From: Marispirochaeta sp.
GTDB lineage: Bacteria; Spirochaetota; Spirochaetia; JC444; Marispirochaetaceae
Direction of reading: 5' to 3'
DNA: 64,000 bases
Assembly: GCA_963676835.2 (NCBI GenBank)
Contig: CAXXFF010000002.1
Location: forward strand, 1,120,001 to 1,184,000
The position numbers were made by a program, and so were the translations under genes. This document shows positions 57,389 to 64,000 of the stretch, one piece after another. The notes beneath the pieces were generated by a model. The model did not search any database and had not been told where the DNA came from. It was given only the letters and a program-made list of their open reading frames with translations. Position 1 is the stretch's first letter. Each line of letters begins with the position of its first letter.

Positions 57389-58756
57389 ATGATAGCGGTT
57401 AAGGATCTTGAAGCCAAAAACGCACCCAGCCTTGAAACAATTAAAGAAGCACTTATTTCCAAAGGAATAGAGACAGTTCGTCTTGAGTATATCGATATGC
57501 AGGGAGTAAACCGCGGTAAGGTTCTTCCGATTGAAATGCTCGACGAGATTTTTGAAGACGGAATTGCATTTGCTGCGGCAATAATGCAGATCGGCTTTGA
57601 CAACAATGTTGCCGAAGTACAGGGTCTTTCCGGCAACTATGACGATATGAAGATTTTTGCCGACCCATCCAGGGTTTTTACACTTCCCTATCAGGAAAAA
57701 ACAGCCCTGATTCTGGGGGACAGTTACTACCATGGAAAGGCCATGAAACAGTCCCCCCGCTGGTTTCTGAAAAATGTAATAGCCGAATACAACAAGCTCG
57801 GGTATGAGCCCATTACAGCATCGGAAATGGAGTTCTTCCTCTTTAACAGAAATGAGGACGGATCTGTTTCTCCCTACACCAACGAAACCGGCAACTGCTA
57901 CACCAGCAATGTACGGATCGATCCCAAGGGTTTTTTCACCGAGCTGACCTCCACGCTGAAGCACATGGATTTCAATATTCTTTATATGAACCATGAGTTT
58001 TATGCAGGCCAGTATGAGTATAACTGGAGGCATTCCGATGCCCTGCGCTCAGCCGATGAGACCGCCATGTTCAAAGGTGTCTGTAAGGATATCGCAGAGC
58101 AGAAAAACATGATCGCCACCTTTATGGGCCGCCCGAAGAATGACAACGGCGGAAGCGGCTGCCATTTCCATCTGTCCCTGAATGATATCAGCACCGGCAA
58201 GAATATTTTTGACGATCCCGCCGGAGCAGAGGGCATGAGCGATGTAATGCGCCATTTTGTTGCAGGAGTACTGAAGCATGCACCTGCAATGGTTTCATTC
58301 CTTGCACCTACCATCAACTGCTACAAGCGCTTTCAGCCCAACTCATTTGCGCCGTTCTATATCGGCTGGGGCTATGACAACCGGACTACTTTTGTCCGTA
58401 TACCCGAAGAGCGGGGCAAAGCTACCCGTGTTGAAGTGCGTGCAGGCAGCGCTGCGGCCAACCCCTATCTTGCTCTCGCGTCAATTCTGGCAGCTGGTCT
58501 GGATGGTATAAAGAACAAGCTTGAGCCTCCAGCCATAGTAACCACCGACCTCTACAACGATGAGAGCCTTGAACGTACCACTGTTCCCAGAAGTCTCTTC
58601 CGTGCTCTCCGTGAGCTTGAGAGTGATGAATGGCTGAAGGAAATTGCCGGTGAGGCGCTTATCAACAACTTTGTAGCAGTCAAGGACATGGAAGTTGAGA
58701 CTTTCATCAATACTGTGCATCCCTGGGAATGGGATTTCTACTCGTACCATATTTAA
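57389..58756 (+). CDS. Glutamine synthetase-like gamma-glutamylamine ligase (GmaS/PuuA-like)
   Basis: EMEFFL, HEF..GQYE, GSGCHFHLS, WGYDNRT, RVEVR, ANPYL; lacks FDGSS and has PNSFAP instead of PGYEAP. Confidence 0.88.
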   Translation: MIAVKDLEAKNAPSLETIKEALISKGIETVRLEYIDMQGVNRGKVLPIEMLDEIFEDGIAFAAAIMQIGFDNNVAEVQGLSGNYDDMKIFADPSRVFTLPYQEKTALILGDSYYHGKAMKQSPRWFLKNVIAEYNKLGYEPITASEMEFFLFNRNEDGSVSPYTNETGNCYTSNVRIDPKGFFTELTSTLKHMDFNILYMNHEFYAGQYEYNWRHSDALRSADETAMFKGVCKDIAEQKNMIATFMGRPKNDNGGSGCHFHLSLNDISTGKNIFDDPAGAEGMSDVMRHFVAGVLKHAPAMVSFLAPTINCYKRFQPNSFAPFYIGWGYDNRTTFVRIPEERGKATRVEVRAGSAAANPYLALASILAAGLDGIKNKLEPPAIVTTDLYNDESLERTTVPRSLFRALRELESDEWLKEIAGEALINNFVAVKDMEVETFINTVHPWEWDFYSYHI

Positions 58757-58786
58757 CGGCACACCAGAAGAAGGAGACTTGAAACT

Positions 58787-59686
58787 ATGTGCGGAATAGC
58801 CGGAATCATGACCCGGGAGGGTATGGTTGTTTCTGAAAAGCTGCTGGACATGCTGGACCTGATTCAGCACCGCGGCCCCGATGCAGCGGGCATTGCATAT
58901 TTCTCAAAAGGTGCGGCAACGGATGTTCGTATTTCCTATACCGGCGAAGGCAAAAAACAGGAACTTCTTGAAGTCCTGGGAATGCTCTGCGCCTACACGG
59001 TGAAAAACGAGTTTACCAGCGGCCCGAAATACGGCTTTATTGAAGCTGATATTATCCCCAACGCCGGGAATTCCCTGAAAGATATTCACCGGGAAATCAA
59101 TCTGCGTGAAGGACTGTATGTTCACTCCATCGGTTCCGATCTGAGTGTTTACAAGGATGGCGGTACGGTAAAGCGTCTCCGTGATGTTCACGCGATTCAT
59201 GCCGGAACTGCAACCCATGGTATCGGTCATGTCCGTATGGCAACTGAGAGTGCGGAAGATATTAATGCCGCACACCCCTTTGTTTCTCCGTTTTTTCCGG
59301 AACTGGCAATGGTGCATAACGGTCAGTTTACCAACTACTTCAACCTGAGGCGCTCTCTTGAAACAAAGGGTGCAATCTTCAAAACCCAGAATGACTCTGA
59401 GGTTGCAAGTCACCTGATTGCATGGGCAATGCAGGAAAATGGAGGCGATCTCGAAGCGGCTCTGAACTATGCCCTTGAAGAGCTTGACGGTGTCTTCTGT
59501 ATTATGGCCGCCACTGAAAATCAGATGGGGATTGTTAAGGACAAGCTGGGTATCAAGCCTCTTCTTTTGTTTGAAAAAGACGGTGCCACCCTGCTTGGTT
59601 CCGAGCAGATTGAGTTTACCACCCTGTTCCCGGATGTATATGCCGAGGAGCTGGAGCCCGGTGAGGTGAGAGTATGGAATTTATAA
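58787..59686 (+). CDS. Class II glutamine amidotransferase (MgsA-like)
   Basis: MCGIAG, HRGPD, GHVRMATES, AHPF, VHNGQFTN, NDSEV. Confidence 0.88.
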   Translation: MCGIAGIMTREGMVVSEKLLDMLDLIQHRGPDAAGIAYFSKGAATDVRISYTGEGKKQELLEVLGMLCAYTVKNEFTSGPKYGFIEADIIPNAGNSLKDIHREINLREGLYVHSIGSDLSVYKDGGTVKRLRDVHAIHAGTATHGIGHVRMATESAEDINAAHPFVSPFFPELAMVHNGQFTNYFNLRRSLETKGAIFKTQNDSEVASHLIAWAMQENGGDLEAALNYALEELDGVFCIMAATENQMGIVKDKLGIKPLLLFEKDGATLLGSEQIEFTTLFPDVYAEELEPGEVRVWNL

Positions 59687-60402
59687 ACGCCGAAGGCATG
59701 GACGGGAAGGACCTTAATACAGAGCTTAAAAAGCTCCTGTCTTCCACCAAAGAGATAACCGTCAATCACTCTCATTCCATGCACAACATCGGTACCGGAA
59801 TGACCGAAGAAGGTACAGTGATTGTGGACGGCAGTACCGGATTTTATGTTGGCGGTTTTCTCGAAGGAACCCGCATTGATGTTTTAGGTAATGCCGGATG
59901 GTATGCCGGAGACAACATGATGGGCGGCGAGCTTATTATCCGTAAAAATTCCGGCTGTAATGCCGGAGCCTATATGGGCGGCGGAACCCTGGTTATCTAC
60001 GGCGGAGCAGGCAGCCGACCCGGATACGGTATGAAAGGCGGCACCCTGCTGATCTGCGGAGATGCAGGACGCTGGGCAGGGCAGATGACTCTGGGAGGAC
60101 AGCTGATCATCCTTGGAAAGGTTGCTCCCGGTATCGGTGAGTCCATGTACAAGGGCGTTATCTATGTCGGTGATCCCGATGTGGAGAATAAGCTTGGAAG
60201 CAACTGCTTTGTAGATGAACTGACTGCGGATGAAAAGATCAGTCTTGCGGAACTGTTTGCCAAGTATGAGGTTGAAGCAGATCCTGCGTCACTCAAGGCT
60301 ATTCGCCCGTTGACTTCCGGACGTCATAACTATGTTCTTTTCAGTCCGGAACTTGAGCCGGAAAAGGCAATGAAACATCTCGCAGGGAGTGGAGCAAAAT
60401 GA
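59674..60402 (+). CDS. GXGXG-repeat glutamate synthase domain 3 / FwdC-like (MgsB-like)
   Basis: Repeated G.AG..AG..M.GG; GESMY.GVIYV. Confidence 0.85.
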   Translation: MEFINAEGMDGKDLNTELKKLLSSTKEITVNHSHSMHNIGTGMTEEGTVIVDGSTGFYVGGFLEGTRIDVLGNAGWYAGDNMMGGELIIRKNSGCNAGAYMGGGTLVIYGGAGSRPGYGMKGGTLLICGDAGRWAGQMTLGGQLIILGKVAPGIGESMYKGVIYVGDPDVENKLGSNCFVDELTADEKISLAELFAKYEVEADPASLKAIRPLTSGRHNYVLFSPELEPEKAMKHLAGSGAK

Positions 60403-61709
60403 GTACTGCTGCGGAAAAACCAACAGAAACAAAGAAAAAGGCTATGGGTAAGGACGTCCAGCGGGGCGTCTGGAATGCGGAAACCATGGCGGAGATCAGG
60501 TACAAGGCCGAAAACGGCAATCACCGGATAAGAGGCTGCGGTGCGACCCGTGCCCTGCCGACTTTCGATGATCTAACAATTCTTCCCGGTCAGATGACCA
60601 GGATGACCATTGATACCTACCGGGAGAAATGCGACACCCGGACGGTTCTTGGAAAGAGAGCCAAACGGCCGCTGGTGATAGAGACTCCCATAATGATTGC
60701 GGGAATCTCCTACGGTGCCCTGAGCAAGGAAGCCAAGATTGCCATGGCCAAGGCCACAATGAAGACCGGTACGGTTATCAGTAACGGTGAAGGCGGCCTG
60801 CTGCCTGAAGAGCTTGCCAACTCCTACCGGCAGTCCATCCAGGTTCTGCCCAGCCGTTTCGGATTCAGCAAACGTAATATTGAAGTTGCGGATATGCTTG
60901 AGTATCTGGTCGGCATCGGTGCGAAGCCGGGACTTTCCGGTCACCTTATGGGAGCAAAGATCTCCCAGGAAGTAGGCGATTTCCGCCAGCTTCCCCCGGG
61001 TATCGATCTGCACAGCCATCCCCGTCACGGAGACGCCTTCGGAGCGGATGACATGATGGTAAAGATGGATCAGCTCCGGGAGTTGACCAACGGCGAAGTA
61101 CCCATTTTTCTGAAACTTGCTGCTGCCAGGGTCAAGGACGATATAAAGATTGCTGTAAAGGTCGGCGTGGACGGAATTATCCTGGACGGTATGCAGGGCG
61201 GAACCGGTGCTGCACCGGTAATGGCCTCCGAGCATCTTGGTATTCCCACCATGCCTGCTCTGGTTCAGGCGGTACAGACCCTGGAAGAGATGGGAGTCAA
61301 GGACGAAGTCAGCCTTATCGTATCCGGAGGAATCCGCAACGGTGCGGATTTGGCGAAATCTCTGGCTATCGGTGCGGATGCTGTTGCCATCGGTACAGGT
61401 GCCATGGTTGCCATGGGCTGTAACGTCTGTCTCCGCTGTCAGGCCGGTCAGTGTGCCTTCGGAATCGGTACCCAGGATCCGGAACTTCGTAAACGGCTGG
61501 ATATAGAAGAGGCCAGTGAACGGGTTGCCAACTATATCAAGGGAATGACTGCAGAAGCCATAGTGCTTGCCAAGGCGGCAGGAAAAACCAAGCTGAAAAA
61601 CCTGGAAAGGGAAGACCTCCGCGCACTGACTCTTGAGTCGTGTGCAATGACCGGGATCCCCCTTGCAGGATCAAACTACACCTTCGGAACACCCTTCGGA
61701 TTCTGTTAG
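60399..61709 (+). CDS. FMN-binding glutamate synthase domain 2 (MgsC-like)
   Basis: IAGISYGALS, NGEGG, GAKPG.SGHL, DGMQGGTGA, SGGIRNGAD, CxxCxxCxxxxC. Confidence 0.9.
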   Translation: MSTAAEKPTETKKKAMGKDVQRGVWNAETMAEIRYKAENGNHRIRGCGATRALPTFDDLTILPGQMTRMTIDTYREKCDTRTVLGKRAKRPLVIETPIMIAGISYGALSKEAKIAMAKATMKTGTVISNGEGGLLPEELANSYRQSIQVLPSRFGFSKRNIEVADMLEYLVGIGAKPGLSGHLMGAKISQEVGDFRQLPPGIDLHSHPRHGDAFGADDMMVKMDQLRELTNGEVPIFLKLAAARVKDDIKIAVKVGVDGIILDGMQGGTGAAPVMASEHLGIPTMPALVQAVQTLEEMGVKDEVSLIVSGGIRNGADLAKSLAIGADAVAIGTGAMVAMGCNVCLRCQAGQCAFGIGTQDPELRKRLDIEEASERVANYIKGMTAEAIVLAKAAGKTKLKNLEREDLRALTLESCAMTGIPLAGSNYTFGTPFGFC

Positions 61710-61718
61710 GAGTTTGCC

Positions 61719-62060
61719 ATGAGAATCGAGAACCACCCAATTCTCGGGGACTTTGAAAAAGGCCCCGAGGTGGAATTCATCTATAACGGAAAGCCCATGA
61801 AAGGTTTTGCCGGGGAACCAATCGCCGCCGCGCTGCGTGCGGCGGGTGTCATGAAACACCGGGTTACCTCCCGCAAACATAAACCCAGGGGTATTTTCTG
61901 TGCCATCGGGCGCTGTACTGACTGTGTGATGGTGGTTAACGGAAAAGCCAATATCAGAACCTGCGTTACTCCCCTTGAAGCGGGGATGGTCGTGGAAACC
62001 CAGTACGGAACTCTGCCTGCATCGGAAGCTGCAGTGGAAACAGCGGGGGCTGCAAAATGA
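61719..62060 (+). CDS. 2Fe-2S subunit (Fer2_4; sarcosine oxidase alpha N-terminus/HcnA-like)
   Basis: GEPIAAAL, PRGIFCAIGRCTDCVM..IRTC. Confidence 0.88.
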   Translation: MRIENHPILGDFEKGPEVEFIYNGKPMKGFAGEPIAAALRAAGVMKHRVTSRKHKPRGIFCAIGRCTDCVMVVNGKANIRTCVTPLEAGMVVETQYGTLPASEAAVETAGAAK

Positions 62061-63670
62061 GACGCATAGGTTTAGCCGTGGTCGGAGCCGGTCCCGCCGG
62101 TCTCTCTGCGGCTATAGAGGCGGCCCGTCATGGAGTTGATGTTGTCGTATTCGACGAAAACATGAAGCCCGGCGGACAGCTTTTTAAACAGATTCATAAA
62201 TTTTTCGGCTCCAAGGAGCATCGTGCCAAGGAGCGCGGATTCCGCATAGGTGAAGACCTTTTAAAAGAAGCCGAATCCCTGAATGTCAAGGTTGAACTTA
62301 ACTCTATTGTAACCGGCATCTATGAGGGCCTTGAGCTTGTGGTTACCAAAGGCGAAACGGTGGAGCATATCCGTGCCAACGGTATCGTGATCGCCACCGG
62401 CGCCAGTGAGAATATGATTCCCTTTCCCGGATGGACCCTTCCCGGAGTTATCGGGGCCGGGGCTGCACAGACCATGGCAAACCTTCATGGTGTAAAACCC
62501 GGAAACAATGTCCTCATGGTAGGTTCCGGTAACGTAGGCGTTGTTGTCGGCCTGCAGCTGCTTCAGGCGGGATGCTCTCTGGAAGCCCTGATTGATGCTT
62601 CTCCCCGGGTTGGCGGATACGGCGTTCATGCTGCAAAGATTGCCCGGACCGGCGTTCCCTTCTATCTGCGCCACACCATCAAAGAGGTATACGGCGAGGA
62701 GTCCGTGGAAGGTGCTGTGATCGTTGAAGTTGATGAGAAATGGCAGCCCATTCCAGGCAGCGAGAAAGACCTTAAGGTCGATACGGTCTGTATGGCTGTA
62801 GGGCTTTCTCCCATGTATCAGCTGAGCAAGATTGCCGGCTGTGAAATAGTCGAAGACCCGAAAAAAGGCGGTTTTGTACCCAAGTGCGATCTGTACGGTG
62901 CAACCACTGTGCCCGGCATATGGGTTGCAGGTGATGTTGCCGGGATAGAAGAGGCAAGTTCCGCCATGATCGGCGGTAAGATTGCCGGTGCGGCTGCTGC
63001 GGAAAAGCAGGGATACCTGGAAGAGGCCGAGTTTCTCTCCCGGGTGGAATCCTTTAATGCCAGTCTGGGGCAGCTCAGGGAAGGACAGTTCGGCCATAAG
63101 ATGAAGGGCAAGCCTGTTACCCATACAGAAGAGGGTATCGAGCTTTCCGGATCACTCTTGAGCCGCGGCTATGTGGCGGACGAAGAAATTACCCGTTTCC
63201 CCGGTGTGCCTGATGAAAAGAAAAGAGCCCGGGGGCTTACTCCGGTTATTGAATGTACCCAGAATATTCCCTGCGACCCCTGCCGGGATGCCTGTTCCAA
63301 GGGCTGTATCCGTATCAGCAGCAACATTGTTGATCTTCCCAGCCTTCAGGAGGAAGTGGTCTGTACCGGCTGCGGCATGTGTGTTGCCGCCTGTCCCGGG
63401 CAGGCAATCTTTCTGGTGGATGAGACCTACAACGAAGAGGAAGCCCTGGTGGGAATCCCCTATGAGTTTCTCCCCCTTCCCGAAGCAGGTGACACAGGAG
63501 CAGTGTTCGACCGTTCCGGAACACCGGTAGGTACCGGAAAGGTGGTGCGGGTGCAGAAAGCAAAGGTTATGGACGGAACCTCGGTTCTCTGGATTGCGGT
63601 ACCGAAATCCCAGTCCATGACCGCCAGATTCTACAAGCCCCTCACATCGTTAGTTAAGGCAGAGGTTTAA
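62057..63670 (+). CDS. FAD/NAD-dependent oxidoreductase subunit with C-terminal 2x[4Fe-4S]
   Basis: VVGAGPAGL, GGQL, ATGASE..IPFPGWTLPGV, AGD; CDPCRDAC and CTGCGMCVAACP. Confidence 0.9.
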   Translation: MRRIGLAVVGAGPAGLSAAIEAARHGVDVVVFDENMKPGGQLFKQIHKFFGSKEHRAKERGFRIGEDLLKEAESLNVKVELNSIVTGIYEGLELVVTKGETVEHIRANGIVIATGASENMIPFPGWTLPGVIGAGAAQTMANLHGVKPGNNVLMVGSGNVGVVVGLQLLQAGCSLEALIDASPRVGGYGVHAAKIARTGVPFYLRHTIKEVYGEESVEGAVIVEVDEKWQPIPGSEKDLKVDTVCMAVGLSPMYQLSKIAGCEIVEDPKKGGFVPKCDLYGATTVPGIWVAGDVAGIEEASSAMIGGKIAGAAAAEKQGYLEEAEFLSRVESFNASLGQLREGQFGHKMKGKPVTHTEEGIELSGSLLSRGYVADEEITRFPGVPDEKKRARGLTPVIECTQNIPCDPCRDACSKGCIRISSNIVDLPSLQEEVVCTGCGMCVAACPGQAIFLVDETYNEEEALVGIPYEFLPLPEAGDTGAVFDRSGTPVGTGKVVRVQKAKVMDGTSVLWIAVPKSQSMTARFYKPLTSLVKAEV

Positions 63671-63671
63671 T

Positions 63672-64000
63672 ATGGCAAAAAAAAACAGACGTGTACGTGC
63701 CTCCGGAGAATATATTCCCCGGGATGATGATGAACTGATTCTCTGCCGCTGCGAAGAGATAACCCGGGGGGATATCCGCCGGGCAATCCATGCGGGGCTG
63801 CGGACCATGAACGAAATAAAGCGGGAAACCCGGTCGGGAATGGGACTCTGCCAGGGCCAGACCTGCACCAAGATTATCCGCGGCTTTATAGCATCAGAAC
63901 TGAAATGTTCCCCTTCGGAGATTGGTCTCCCCACTCCCCGGACTCCGGCCCGTCCGATTCCCATGACAGTACTGGCCGCGGACGGAATGGGCAAGGAGAG
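63672..64000 (+). CDS. BFD-like [2Fe-2S] subunit (truncated at window end)
   Basis: Missing from the ORF track; translated by hand: ILCRCEEIT..EIKRETRSGMGLCQGQTC..PRTPARPI. Confidence 0.88.
   Translation, partial: MAKKNRRVRASGEYIPRDDDELILCRCEEITRGDIRRAIHAGLRTMNEIKRETRSGMGLCQGQTCTKIIRGFIASELKCSPSEIGLPTPRTPARPIPMTVLAADGMGKE

Noticed and set aside
57389..58756. Canonical glnA
   Set aside because: Lacks FDGSS and the PGYEAP glutamate flap; gene context points to amine glutamylation.

Overview
Bacterial chromosomal window with dense coding on both strands. It is probably a free-living anaerobic spirochaete (inference from gene content such as a DUF3996-like outer-membrane protein and a FliG-C protein; not verified). 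(1) 1-2.3 kb: NarL/NarX-type two-component pair and an ECF-transporter S component. (2) 2.3-18.4 kb: an accessory region bracketed by three PIN-toxin TA pairs and REP-like repeats. It holds a secreted caspase/FGE-sulfatase protein, a soluble protein fusing two TM-less MotA-like units to a FliG C-terminal domain, an 887-aa HExxH zincin-like protein, a divergent atypical sigma factor, a double-AAA ATPase and a small Cys-rich protein. Three of these genes share a 34-bp upstream motif that may be the promoter of the local sigma factor. (3) 18.5-52 kb: mostly housekeeping genes (NtrC-like regulator, gpx-ohrR, carboxynorspermidine pathway, menA, GH1, radA, PPIase, rex-serA, ABC exporter pair, lplA, ECF/anti-sigma), plus a yjdF riboswitch, a Rex box, several leaderless genes and an unannotated ~115-nt sRNA candidate. 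(4) 52.4-64 kb: an AraC-linked amine-utilisation cluster (APC permease, gamma-glutamylamine ligase, MgsABC-like subunits, 2Fe-2S/FAD dehydrogenase subunits) running off the window end. No rRNA, tRNA, CRISPR array, integrase or transposase was recognised.
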